Source: the human T2T-CHM13v2.0 reference genome, Homo sapiens. Taken from it: a DNA stretch of 64,000 bases. The translations under genes and the position numbers were made by a program. Positions 18,885 to 34,758 of this stretch are shown here, piece by piece. Within the stretch, counting starts at the first letter, position 1, and every line of letters starts with the position of its first letter. The stretch lies in assembly GCF_009914755.1 (NCBI RefSeq), contig NC_060939.1, one strand, 5' to 3'. The notes beneath the pieces were generated by a model, which was not told where the DNA came from, made no database searches, and saw only the letters and a program-made list of their open reading frames with translations.

Positions 18885-21628
18885 CTATATAGGTATATGT
18901 ACCCTTTTCTACGTCTGAATTAGCCATATGCAAGGAAAAACTAAAACAGTTTTCAGAGGTTCCGGGAAAATTCATAGACAAATTTAAGAGGCTAACCTTG
19001 ATGTATGATCTGACCAGGCAGGATTTGCATATATTTATGTTTATCTGCTGCATGGTAGAAACACAGTGCATTGTGGGAGTGGCTAGAGCACATGCTAATA
19101 GGGTGGCAGCCTGCAACCAGGGGCAAGACACCTATCAAATAGGAGGCATAGCAGTGCCTGACTAGGACCCAAAAGAACTAGAATCTAGAAAAGACAAATG
19201 AATTAGGAAGAAAGTGGGATATAGAGAGAAAAAATTATGATCATTTGACTCCTGGAAGGAATAAAAAAAGTGTGATAAAGCTTTTTAATTTTTATAAAGT
19301 CTGGAAAATTACTCAGGGAAAAGATGAAAACCTAGCCTTATTACAAGGGTGGATAATTTAGACCTTGAGGAAATACAGTAACACTGACCCTGACTCCAAG
19401 AAGGGACAAGCATTGCTAGGAGTTTATTTTATAGCCCGGTCTGCTTCTGATATTTATAGGAAGCCACCAAAAGCAGCCTTAGGCTTCTAGACTCCCATAG
19501 ATCAGATTTTAGACTTGGATTTTGCAGTTTTCCATCACAGGAATAGGGCCAAGAAAATATAAAATAAAGCAAATCTTCCAAGAGGCCCAGCTTCTACCTG
19601 CAGCCTTGTGCTCTCCACCACTTCAGAGGCAGCCCCTTAACCCCTGGCCCTCACAGAGGAAGTGAGAAGGTAAAAGTCCCAGTCTGTGACTCTGGGCCAC
19701 TGTGCCTTGGATATAAATCAATGTGCCTTCTGTAGGAAGGTCGGCCACTGCCGAAGGAAATGCACTGTGCTTCCAAGGGAGCCATCATCAGAGCCCAGCA
19801 GACTCAAAACTGGGAGGGCCTGATACTTCCTGCCTCTGCTCCCATTGGACTATTAGCTATTGAGAGATGGAGGAGCCTCAGGTGACTCTTGAAGTAGCAG
19901 GTAGGAGTATTAACTTCGTATTAGGTATGGGAGCAGATTACTCTGTCCTGATTCAATACAATGGGCTCCTGTCTTCTCATGATGGACAAGCCCAAAATCA
20001 CTGCTTTTCTTATCTTCTAAGTTGTCCTCCAGAGCCTCTAGGTTTCTCGCCTGCCTTTTTAGTACTGTCTGATTGCCTGACCTCTTACTGGGTAGAGGTT
20101 TATTGACTCAGGAGACCAAGTCATGGTCACCTTCACAGATCATAAAGCATAGAAACTGTTACTTTTGTTCCTGACCCCTCAGGGGAAAAAAGATGTTAAG
20201 AATGAGTTGTCACATTTATCACCTGAGGTGTTGTCTCAAGTAAATCTTGAGGTTTGGGCCACACAGGCTCTGGGAAATGCACTAAACACCTCCCTCATTC
20301 AAATCCAACTTCAGCCTAGTGCTCCTCACCCTCAGAAGAGACAATACATTTTAAGGCGAGAAGCATGAGGGGAAATTCAACGCCTTATTGCCAAATTCTT
20401 GCCATATGAGTTATTAAGGCCATGAGAGTCTCCTACAACACTCGCATGTTACCAGATAAAAAGCCTAATGGCAAGTACAGATTTGTCAAAACCCGTAGGG
20501 CATTAAGAAATGCAGTTGTCTCCATACACCTCATTGTCCCCAATACTTACCAAGTCCCAAGGGATGCAAGCTGGTTTACATTCCTAAATCTGAAAGATGC
20601 ACTTTTCTAGATCTCAATGCATCCAGATTCATAATATGTTTGCCTTTGAATGGACTGATCCAGATATCCATTCAGCCTCAAAACTAACCTGGACAGTCAT
20701 CTCTGAAGGGTTCTGGGATAGCCCCCACTTATTTGAAAATGCTCTAGCTAACGACTTAACAAATCTACAATTGGAAAGGGACACAATTATTCAGTATGTA
20801 GGTGACTTGCTCATTGCTAGCCCAACTAAAGAAGACTCATAATAATAATGTTAAGTTGGTAAATTTCCTGGGAACTTGCAGATATAGGGCATCACCACAC
20901 AGGGTTCAGATTTTGACTGAAAGACTTAAATATTTGGAAACTGTCTTAACCTCTGGAACTGATCAACATCCCGGAAGATAAAAAAGTTATTTTAGTGACC
21001 CAAGAGTCCCTGTCCAAAAAATAACTGTGGGCTTTTTTAGGAGATAGCTGGGTACTGCTGCTTATGGGTGCTCAGATTTGGGCATGTAGCCAAGCCTTTA
21101 TATGATACATTAAAGGGAAAGATTTAGAGCTCCTAGAATGTAATGAGAACTGCAAGCAAAACTTCAATACTCTCAAGGAGAAATTGGGCTCTGCTGCAGC
21201 CACAGGAGTCCCCAAGTTGGATGAACCATTTTTTCTTTATGTGACCAAAAAGCAAGGCATAGGCCTTGGGTAATCTTGTCCCAAAACTGGGGGACATTCC
21301 AAAGCCAGTAGCCTAATTTTCTAAGCAGATAGACCAGTTGGCCTCAGGGTGGCCTTGATGTCTTAGAGCTATTGCTGCTACCACTTTTCTAGCAGGCAAA
21401 GCTAATAAACTAACATTAGAACAGCACCTACAGATTTTTGACCCCACACCAAGGGAAGGTGGTCCTAGAAGCTAAAGGGCAGCAGTGGATAATAGGAGGA
21501 CATTTATGAAAGTATCAGGCCTTATTGCTAGACCCTCCACACATAACCTTTAAAGGCTGCCAAACCATAAACCTAGCTACTTATCGGCCAGAGTCCACAG
21601 GTGCTTCTAGACTTCCTGGCATACAGGT

Positions 21629-22276
21629 TGTATTAGTCTGTTCTCATGCTGCTAATAAAGACATATCTGGGGCTGGATAATTTACAAAGAAAAGAGGTTT
21701 CATTGACTCACAGTTCCACATGGTCGGAGGCCTCACACTCATGGCAGAAGGCAAATGAGGAGCAAAGTCACATCTCTTACATGGCAGCAGGCAAAAGGGC
21801 TTGTGTAGGGAAACTCCCCTTTATAAAACCATCAGCTGTAATCCCAGCACTTTGGGAGGCCAAGGCAGTGGATGACCTGAGGTGAGGAGATCGAGGCCAG
21901 CCTGGCCAACATGGTGAATCCCCGTCTACATTAAAAGTACAAAAATTAGGCTGGTGGTAGGCACCTGTAATCCCAGCTACTCGGGAGGCTGAGACAGGAG
22001 AATCACTTGAACCCAGGATTCAGAGGTTGCAGTGAGCCAAGGTCATGATAATGCACTCCAGCCTGAGCAACAGAGCAAGACTATGTCTCATAAATAAATA
22101 AATAAATAAATGAACCATCAGATCTCATGAGACTCATTCACTGTCACGAGAACAGCATGGGAAAGACCCATCCCCTGATTCGATTACCTCCCACTGGATC
22201 CCTCCCACGATATATAGGAATTATGGGAGCTACAATTCAAGATAAGATTTGACTGGGACACAGCCAAAGCGTGTCA
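21629..22276 (-). mobile_element. THE1-type MaLR solo LTR inserted in ERV pol, containing a 5'-truncated Alu (~21836-22110, + strand)
   Basis: tgtattagtc start on + strand, TSD caggt/cagtt. Alu flanked by aaccatcag repeats. Confidence 0.9.
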
Positions 22277-23882
22277 CAGTTATGAAACAAATTTATTCTA
22301 GCGGGCCAGACTTAAGAGAGATGAGCCCCTTGACCATCCCAAGGAAGAGTGGTTAACAGATGTATGTTGTTTTATGCATCAGGAAAACAGGAGTGGTAGA
22401 TATGCTATTAGTAGTCAGCACAAGAAAATCAAGGCACAAGTCTTGCTGGCCTCGACCTCAGCTCAAAAAGCTGAGTTAATTGAACTTAATCAGCCCCTGC
22501 AGTTGGGAAAGGATTTAAAAGTTAACATTTACACTGATTCCAAGTATGACTTTTTAGTGCTTCATGCTTATGCTGCAATTTGGAATGGGTAGGGACTCCT
22601 GACCCCCAAGGGCTTTTCCATACAACATCATTCAGATTTTGAGCTTGTTAGAATGCTGCTTTGCTGCCAAAAAGTGACTATAATTAATTGCAGAGGACAT
22701 CAAAAGAGAGACTGACCATATAAAAGGAAATGCCCTTGCAGATGCCGCAGCCAAGGCCCCTGCACTGAAAGGGCCAATGAAGCTTATGGGTGTGCTGGTC
22801 AGCATACATTGAACTGAGCCAGAACACTCTGAAGAAGAACAAAAATGGGCCAGGGATTGCATTTCAGTCCAGGGTCCCTCTGGCTGGCTGAATGATGGTA
22901 ATAAATTACTAATGCCAAGTACCAATCATAGGAATATAATTCAGAACTTTCATGATTCTCTCCACCCTAGAAGGGATTCTTGGTTTCTGTTAATGTCTCA
23001 TTTGTTTATAGGGGTAAATCTTTTCAAGACACCAAAACAGGTGACTCAGCCCTGTGATCTCTGTGCCTGACATGACCCAAACGGCTAGTAATTTTCTCCT
23101 TCTCCAGGTAAACCTGTCCAAAATTGAGGAACCTATCCAAGTGAGAACTGGCAACTCTAATTTACTGAGCTACCTTTCTGCAGGAGATTCAAATATTTGC
23201 TAATGCTTACTGATACCTTCATTGGTTAGATCGAGGCATTCCCCACCCCATCTGAAACATGTTTACCAGAAGAAATAACTCATCAGTTTGGGTAATCTAA
23301 AAGCCTGCAAAGTGGCAATGGCCCATCTTTCACAGCAGGTGTATCCCAACACCTATCCTCAGCTTTAAGAATGCAATATTAACTTCACTCTGTGTGCAGA
23401 CCGCAGTCCTCTGGAAAGGTGAAAGGGCTAATCCTACTCTAAAGAAGACTCTAGCTAAATCAGAAGCCTGACTGTCTCTAACACCCATAGCTTACTGCGG
23501 GTTTGAACTGTTCCAAAGTAAAACTTATAATTAAATCCTGTTGAGTTAACATTCGGAAGACCTTTCCTAAGCACAGATCTCCTAATAGATGAAAAGACTC
23601 ATCAATTACAAAAATATGTCATCAATCTAGGACAGGTGCAAAGACACTCTGTGAATATGGATACAAGAGTCTTCCCCTCCCACATGGGAGGAAAATTCAG
23701 TTTCAGCTCAGCTAGGGATTTAGTCTTACTAAAGATGTTGGAGGAAGTTCTCCAGCTGACCAGCTTTCCCCAATGTGGAAAGGACCACAGCAAGGACACC
23801 TGAGCTCTCCAACAGACGTTCAACGCCAAGGGATTCACAGGTGGGTACACCTGTGTGGAAGTAAAGCTGTTGCTTATTCTGT

Positions 23883-24070
23883 GAGCCGAACCCGAGGCTG
23901 AGGGAGGTGGGCGCGGGTCTATTTCAGCGGTGGTGGAGTGTGGGCTGGGTAGCTGCGCATCTGCTCCTCCTTCTCGCATTTCTCCTGCCACTCTAATCCC
24001 GCCTTGGCCATGAGGGAAATCGTGCTCATGCAGGCCAGGCAGTGTGGGAACCAGATCGTCGCCGAGGTTG
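23883..24070 (+). pseudogene. Beta-tubulin (TUBB8/TUBB4Q-family) gene fragment: GC-rich 5' region, coding exon 1 (24010-24066) and splice donor only
   Basis: ATG at 24010 encodes MREIVLMQARQCGNQIVAE, the 57-nt first coding exon of beta-tubulins, followed by GT. 'MREIVL' is the TUBB8-family signature. Homology is lost after 'gttg'. Confidence 0.85.
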
Positions 24071-24187
24071 TATTTGACTCCATAAAAATTAAAATTTTGT
24101 ATGAGAGAAAAATGTCTCAAAGTCAAAAGTCAACAGACTGGGGAAATAGATCTGCAACATACATGACAGACAAAAAGCTAATTTGGG

Positions 24188-24281
24188 ATATATATATATA
24201 CACATATAAATATATATATACTTATAAATATATATACATATAAATATATATGCATATAAATAGATAGATAGATAGATAGAT
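24188..24281. repeat. (TA)n / (GATA)n microsatellite
   Basis: Directly visible. Confidence 0.9.
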
Positions 24282-26270
24282 GTAAATATCCGTTTTTAAC
24301 ACCATTTAAAAAAATACCTTCCTTTCCCCATTGAACAGTGTTGATGCCCTTGTTAAAAATCATGACCATATTTTTTGGTTCTTTATTTCTATTGCATTGG
24401 TCTTTGTGTCTGTCTCTATGCTGGTACAGCATTGTTTTGCATACTGAAGTTTGAAACCAGGAGGTCATAGTCCTCTGACTTTGTTAATTTTTAAGATTGA
24501 TTTGGCTGCTTGGGGTTTTTTGAGATTTCATCTGAATTTTAGAACAGGTTTTTCTATTTTTTCAAATATTGGAATTTTTACAGTGATTTTATTGAATCTG
24601 TAGATGACTATAGATAACAATGGCACCTTGACAAGATTTTGTCTTCCAGTCCATAAACATATGATGTCTTTTCATTTATTTGTGTCATCTTTAATACTTT
24701 CATGCCATGTTTCTAGTTTTTGCTGTACAGGTTTTTCATTTCCTTGGTTAAGTGGGTTTCTAAGTATTTTATTCTTTTGATGCTATCACACATGATACTG
24801 TTGCCTTGATTTCTTCTTCAGATAGTTTATTGTTATTGTAGAAATACAACTGATTTTTGTGTATTATTTTGTATCCTGCAGCTTTTCTGAATTTTATTTA
24901 TTGCATCTGACAGTTTATTTCACAGAAAGTAAAAGATTTTTAATATATGAGGTTATGTCATCTGCAAACAGATAATTTTACTTTTTTAAAAATGGGAATA
25001 TCTTTAATTCCTTTACTCACCTTATTGTTTTAACTAACTAGAACCTTCAGTACTATACTAAATAGCAGTAGTAAAAGCAGGCATCCCTGTTTTTGCTCTT
25101 AGGGTAAAAGCTTTCAGTCTTTCACCATGTTAGCTGTGTCTTTTTGTTTTGTTTTGTTTTTTGTATAGCATTATGTTAATGTGTTTTCTTTCTTTTTATA
25201 GTTTATTAAGTATATTTTATCATGAATGTGGGTTAAATTTTGACAAATGTTTTTTCTTCTTTGCTTAAGATGATCACATGAGGGTTTTTTCCTTATGTTA
25301 ATGTGATATTACGCTGATTTTCATGTGCTGGAACATACTTTCATTTCAGGAGTCAATTATACTCATTCGTAGTGTATAATCCTTTTAATGTACTGCTAAG
25401 TTTGAGTTGCTGGTATTTTGTTGAGGATTTTTGCATCAGCATGTATAAGGGATGTTTGTTTGTAGTTTTCTTATGGTGCCTTTGTCTGGCTTGGTGTCAG
25501 GGTAATACTGGCCTCATAGAATAAGTTAGAAAAAACTACCTCCTTTTCAACGTTTTGAAAAAGTTTGAGAAGAAGCGGTGTTAATTCTGCTTTAAACAAT
25601 GGGTAGAATTCAACAGTGAAACCATCTGGTCCAGGTTTTTCTTTGTTGCTGGGTTTTTGATTACTGATGCAATCTTCCTGCTGAATCTCCTTGCTGAATA
25701 GGTTTATTCAACTTTTCTGATTCAGTCTTAGTAGGTTTTTTGTTTCTAGGAATTTGTTCATTTTATTTAGACTATTCAATTTTTTAGTGTATAGTCCCTT
25801 ATGGTACTCTTCTACACCCATTTTTTACTCCAAAAATTTGTTAGTAATGTACCCATTTTATTTTTGAGTTTAGTAATTTGAATATTCCCTTTCTTTCTTA
25901 GTCAATCTAGATAAAATTTTGTCAGTTTTGATGTTTTTCAGAGAACAAACTAGGTTTTGTTGATTTTTGATATTGTTTTTCTATTCTCTATTTCACTTAT
26001 TTCCACTGCTATCTTTATCTTTTTTTAATTTAGCTAGCTTTTAGTTGTCCCTCTTTAATAGTCCCTCTTTTTCTCTCTGTTTTTAGTTCCTTAGGAGTAA
26101 AGTTGTTGATTCGGTATATTATTTTTTATAACCATTTATAGCTATAAATTTTTCCCTTATGGTACCATTTTTAATGTATCTCTTAACTTTTGGTATTTCA
26201 TGTTTTTAATCTGTCTCTAGATATTTTTTTCTTTTCTCTTGTGATTTCCTCCTTTATCCATCATTGAGTG
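24282..26270 (-). mobile_element. Old L1M ORF2 fragment
   Basis: Degenerate L1 ORF2 on the minus strand ('atgtcatctgcaaacagataatttt', 'gttgaggatttttgcatc'). Confidence 0.85.
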
Positions 26271-27555
26271 TTTCATACCTATATTTTTAGACATAAAATG
26301 TGTAACCTACAATGTTTTCTTGATTTGTTAGTTTTATTTGTTGTAAGTTTTTATTTCAGAATTAAATGTGTGTATCAACATTTGTTATGTTCTCATAAAC
26401 TTTGTAATACATGGAGATTCCTGGTCCACATATGTAAGTCTCTACATGAATATTATTTTGAAGCATTTAACCTTCTATTTTAATATTTCAAAGGTCTAAA
26501 TGAAATTGAGATTTTGGTTTCTGAGATGAAATCATGGTGGGTGACTGAGAAATGCTTAAAAATTAGCCAAAACTTAAAATTAAGTTAAAGTTTACCTTCA
26601 AGATTCAACCTGAATAAGTCACCCTGTATTGCTGGTAATAAAGAATAAGTCTTTAATGATATAAAAGGAAACTTCAGAGAATGTTTTTTTTTCCCCAGTT
26701 GACATATAAATTAAAAGATATAAAAAATTTTTATGGCCTTATGAAATTTTTACTTTAGAATTCCAACGTTTTCTGGTTAACATTTTTCCAAACAGATTCC
26801 TGTGTATTTGAAAGACAAATAATTTTTTAGTTGAACTGCTTAAGCAGTTAAATAAGGCCATGAAAGTTTCTTGAACTTGTGGGAATACATGAGAAAATCT
26901 GACATTATGTTCTATTCTCTTGGAAGGTAGAAATATCGTTTGACTTCTGTTTTGCTGACAAGAAATGTCCTGAGCAAGGCTACCTGGGACAATGACCTCA
27001 CACATGGAAAACGTTGGAGCCCATCTGTTTCCAATCTGCTGTTTTCCAAAAATTAGGGAAGTTCAGTTTTCCCTTTGATACTCTCTGTTACTACCAATCC
27101 CAATGCCAGGGCTGTCCTGCTTCTACAAGTGACAATGACAAATATAGGCCTGAAGAAAGATGAGCTGATGGCATTCCCAGCTTATTACCTCTCCTTGGGG
27201 GCCTTATCTCACATACATGGATTCAACTCATAGACTCAGCTGGGTGAGGATCTATTATTCAGCTACATTAGAAGTGACTGCTTAAGACTCAGGTGTGTGG
27301 TGAAATGAGGCAGAATTTTCTCTATGGAGTGTTGGGAGAATTTTCTCCTCATAATTACCATCTTACTATCACCAAATCATAACTAAAATGAGGAAATTAT
27401 TCAAAAAGAAATAGAAATGTAATCTTATGAGGACATAAGTTTAGAGATTTGTGGAGAGCTCTTCATAATTTTATGGTGTTCTCTTTGAGCTGGGATTATA
27501 GTTGACATTTCATTATAATATATTAGCTGTTCTAGACTTTATGCATTTATGTAAA

Positions 27556-30227
<2,672 letters not shown>

Positions 30228-31341
30228 TAAAGTTTGATTTCTTAATACATGAGATGTTTTAAATACGTAACAATAATGATATTTATCACAAATATATTTT
30301 GTCTCAATGTGATATACAAATTGCTAATAAATCAATTCTTTTTTGGTTACCACAAAGCTATCTGAAAATGTAACGTCTGTCATTTATAAAATGTTTGTAG
30401 AGTTAATAGAACTTTACTTGAAGAGAGGCTGGCAATATGCATCATGACTTCAAGCACTGCCAGTGAAGTTGTGGAGTTTGAAGTGGTACTCACATCTTGT
30501 TACTGGGATTATAAATTAGTAAAAACTATATCAATTGTAATTAAACAATATATACCAGAATTATAAATGGAAATACTCTCTGATTCAGCAATTTCACTTC
30601 CAGAAATTTACCCTACAGACATACTCATGATGTCTGGAATTATGTATGAATGGGAGAAAGTATTATACCACCTTTTTAATTAACAAAAGTCTAGGAGTCA
30701 CCTTAATGTTTATCAGTCACATTAATGATTAACACCTTACTGTTTATTGAAATTATGGTTATTCATATGATAGACTACTATGCAGCTATTTAAAGAAATA
30801 AATTTTAAAAGGATGCTCAAAAATGATGTCCAAGATATGTTACAAAGGAAAAAACCTGGGTGGAGAGCCATGTGTCTGATATGCCTCCATTCCTATAAAA
30901 TCAGAGTGTATATAAATGCATAGAGTATCTCTATTAACTGGCAACTGTTACAAAATTCAAAGTTAATGCAGGCAAGCCCTTTCTTTTTTAATGCTAAAAC
31001 TCCAAGGACTTGCACAATATTTGAGGATTTCCAACACAGGCCAATCTACCTTTGAACCTACAGATTTTAGGAAATGAAGCTCTTGAAAAACCAAGCATTA
31101 ATATTCCTAGCTACAGTTGTTTGGAACATAATTAGAATGATCAATTCTTTGCAAGTCTGTAAAATTTGCTCATACAACCATCTGGGCCTAGTCCCTCCTT
31201 TGTGAAAGATTTTATTTTACTAGAGATTTTATGTTCTTCATGTTATAGTACTTCTTAGTTATCTATTTCTTCTTGATTCTTGAGTCAATTTTGGTACCAC
31301 TTAGTACCCCACAGGGTGCTTGGGCTCAGAACACATCAGTC

Positions 31342-31710
31342 AAAGGAAGAGAGAAGAAAGGAAGTTAGGAAGGAGGGAGGAAGAAAGGAAGGAAGGAAGG
31401 AAGGAAGGGGACAAAGAAGGAAAGAGAGATGGAAGGAAAGAATGAGAGAAAGAAAGATGGAGGGAGAGAAAGATGGAGAGAGAGAAAGAAAGAGAGAAGG
31501 AAATGAGAGAAAGAAGGAAGGAAGGAGGGAGAGAGAGGGAAAGAGAAAGAAGGAAAGAAACAAGGAAGCAGGGAGGGAGAGAAAGAAGAAAGTAGAGGAA
31601 GGAAGGAAGAAAGGAAGGAAAGAGGGAGGGAAAGAAGGGAGAGAGAGAGGGAGGCAGGGAAAGAAAGAAAGAGAGAAAGGTGAAAGGTGGGGATGGGAAG
31701 AAAAGAGGAG
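31342..31710. repeat. GA-rich polypurine low-complexity tract
   Basis: About 370 bp of (GGAA)/(GAAA)/(GA)-type sequence. Confidence 0.95.
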
Positions 31711-31938
31711 CCAGCCACAGGCTACAGGCTGTTTGTTCACTCTTATAGTTGACCCAGGCAGTTCTGCCTTTTAAATATTCCACCTTCTGCCATGAGTTAC
31801 ACTGTTCAATATTCATTCCTCAGAGCATTCAAAGGTCTATGTGTGCCCTGCCATGATGGAGCATGGCTTCAGCTCCCAAACACAACTCTCAGCAAAATAT
31901 TCATGACTGGTCCCTCCCATATACTCATCAATCCCCCA

Positions 31939-32350
31939 TGTATGGTCTTCATGTGTCCCCCCGAGCTCAAGTGTTGGAAACTTAATCCTCTATGTGACAG
32001 TGTTGAGAGGCAGGGCCTAATAAGAGTGATTGGGTTATGAGACTCTGCCCCCATGCATGGATTAACGTCACTATCTCAGGAATAGCTTAGTTATCTGGGG
32101 GGTGGGTTAGTTATCTTGGGAGTGCGCTTGTATTAAAAGCAAGTTCAGCCCCTTTTGCTCTCTTTCTTTCTGAAAGTCTTGCTCTGCTGCCTTCAGCCAT
32201 GAGATGACACAGCAAGAAGGCCCTCACCAGATGCAGACCCCCTCATCCTTGGACTTCCTAGCCTCCAGAACTCTAAGAAATAAATTTCTTTCTTTATAGA
32301 TTCCCTAGTCTATGGTATTCTGTTATAGCAGCACAAAATGGGTTAAGATG
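31939..32350 (+). mobile_element. MaLR solo LTR (MSTD/MLT1A-like)
   Basis: MaLR motifs and 5-bp TSD cccca. Confidence 0.85.
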
Positions 32351-32627
32351 CCCCATTACATGGCGAGTGCTGATCCACAGGGTTGAGATCATTGACTTAG
32401 GGCTTAGAGTCTTATACAACATCCCTATGGGAGTTGGCCTCCATATTCCCTAACTTCCAGGAATCTCAAATGGTGATCTCAGACCAAAATATAGCCCAGA
32501 TATTTTGCATTTGTCAATATTGCCCACTTTTCTACAACTTTATCATGGCAGCTTTGATGTGTTCACTTCTACGATCCCTGAAAGGATATGAGCTCAAGAT
32601 CCTGCAAGGTTACAATCCAAGGATAGA

Positions 32628-32794
32628 AGAGCCTAGACAAGAGTTCCATCACCTGGGTGATCAGTGCAGAGCTATGTCACAAAGTCTCCATAGGCAAAGC
32701 CTAGACAAGAGTTACATCACCTGGGTGATCAGTGCAGATATGTTACAAAGCCCCTGTAGGCAGAGCCTAGACAAGAGTTACATCACCTGGGTGA
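32628..32794 (+). repeat. Beta (68-bp Sau3A) satellite, about 2.4 monomers
   Basis: Units 'agagcctagacaagagttacatcacctgggtgatcagtgcagagatatgtcacaa..cc.taggc' starting at 32628, 32696 and 32762. Confidence 0.92.
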
Positions 32795-32842
32795 CAGGCA
32801 AACAACAATGACAACTTATTTTCATCCCCACTTCAGTCTTTG

Positions 32843-32992
32843 AGGTTAGACAGACCTGGATTCAAATCCAAGCTCCACCCCTCACTGTGTGAGCTTGCTC
32901 AAGCTGCTAACTTCTCTGAGACTTGACTCTTCATTCATGAAATGAGGATAAAGGCCCTTCTCTCAGGGGCTGTGCCAAGTATGAAATGAGTC
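32843..32992 (+). mobile_element. MIR fragment
   Basis: 'agacagacctggattcaaatcc...ctgtgtgagcttg...aaatgaggataa' MIR core. Confidence 0.75.
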
Positions 32993-33072
32993 ATGCATTG
33001 GTCAGGACAGGTGACGCTGTGTAACAAACAAGCCCCCAAACCACAGTGGCTTCAACAGCAAAGTTGACTTCT

Positions 33073-33401
33073 TTTCTTTTTTTTTTTCTTTTTTTTTTTT
33101 TTGCTGGGGTTGGGGTGCGGTGGATGGAGTCTCGCTCTGTCACCCAGGCTGGAGTGCAGTGGTGCAATCTCAGATCACTGTAACCTCCACTTCCTGAGTT
33201 CAAGAGATTCTCCTGCCTCAGCCTCCTGAGTAGCTGGGACTACAGGCGCCTGCCACCATGCCCGGCTAATTTTTTATATTTTTAGTAGAGATGGGGTTTC
33301 ACCGTGTTAGTCAGGATGGTCTCGATTACCTGACCTCATGAGCTGCCCGCCTCAGCCTCCCAAAGTGCTGGGATTACAGGTGTGAGCCACCACACCCGGC
33401 C
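33073..33401 (-). mobile_element. Alu (AluS/Y-like), inside an old MLT1-like LTR
   Basis: Antisense Alu with poly(T). Confidence 0.95.
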
Positions 33402-33627
33402 TTTACTTCTGAATTGATTTCGCATACATCACGGGTCAACAAGGGGGCTCTGGTGGTCGTAGTCATTCAGAGACTCAAACAGATAGACCCTTATCCCAGA
33501 AAATGCTCCCACAGTTCCAGAAACAGAGCAAAGAAAACATAATCAGCCATACGCCACTTCTTAAATCCCCTGCATGGAAGGGATGCACATTTCTTCTGTC
33601 ACAGCTGTTGCCCAAAATATCTCAGGC

Positions 33628-33927
<300 letters not shown>

Positions 33928-34552
33928 TGTCTCAGGCTATGACTGAACTAGGAGGGTAGAAAGAATAGTCATTTTGGTTGCCACAAACAATCGAAACAAA
34001 GATGTAGATCATTGATGTAAAATTACAGTTAGTTCCTTCCCACTCCTTTTCAGCTTCTCTTCGTTGCTATGAGCCAGTGTTTCCAGTGTCAGTTTTCAGC
34101 CTGTTGCCTCCCAGCTCTTACTGCACCTTTCAATACGTGCACTGTGATAAACGGGGAAACACTGTTCAATATGCCTTCTAGGAGTGAACATTCTGCAGGC
34201 ATCTAGGTAGAGGATGGAGAGACTGCAGTGGGTAGGAGCTCTCTGGCTGGGCCTTGATCATGTTCAAGCCCCAACCACAGACCTAGACGTGGTCCCTCAG
34301 CCACCTTGTAGCCTTGGCTTGCAACATCTCGACATGGAAACCAAAATGCAGCAGGGCCCATGTGATCTGAAAGTTCCTGAAAATTTTCCCAGACCCCATC
34401 TTGTACCCCTTGTGCAACCTGCACACAGTGACCTGTATTCTAGAGGGTCTGCACAGAGCTGCCATTCCTTCTGCCACACCCTGCGGGACTCACGCATTCT
34501 GGAGGCTTCCTGCCCTACAAAGGCAGCCAGACTCCCGCCATGCATCCCTGCA

Positions 34553-34758
34553 CCAGACGCTCACGGCTAGCTCCCTCATCTGCATTCCAGCGGCTCATGG
34601 CCAGCTCCCTCACCTGCACCAGCGGCTCTTGGCCGGCTCCCTCCCCTGCACACCAGCGGCTCACAGCCGGCTCCCTCCCTTGCACACCAGCGGCTCACGG
34701 CCAGCTCCCTCCCCTGCATTCCAGCGGTTCACGGCCAGCTCCCTCACCTGCACTCCAG
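34553..34758 (+). repeat. GC-rich minisatellite, six 32-34-bp units
   Basis: Repeat of ccagcggctcacggccagctccctc(a/c)cctgca(ca/tt). Confidence 0.95.

Larger units (their letters stand above)
16562..23882 (+). mobile_element. Decayed class I (gamma-like) ERV internal region: gag, pro, pol; no env or 3' LTR
   Basis: Gag 'VYVPFSTSEL' at ~18893. Zinc knuckle CAFCRKVGHCRRKC at ~19723. Protease 'EPQVTLEVAGRSINFVLGMGADYSVL'. RT 'KKPNGKYRFV', 'WFTFLNLKDALF', 'IIQYVGDLLIAS'. RNase H 'SAQKAELI..NIYTDSKY'. Integrase remnants to ~23850. Many stops and frameshifts. Confidence 0.9.

Noticed and set aside
24004-24243. 79-aa tubulin-like ORF as a real protein
   Set aside because: Only 19 codons are tubulin; the rest reads through the splice donor into L1 and (TA)n sequence.
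31280-31816. Long R/K/E/G-rich and L/S/F/P-rich ORFs (also 58540-59395)
   Set aside because: Artefacts of polypurine/polypyrimidine tracts that lack stop codons.
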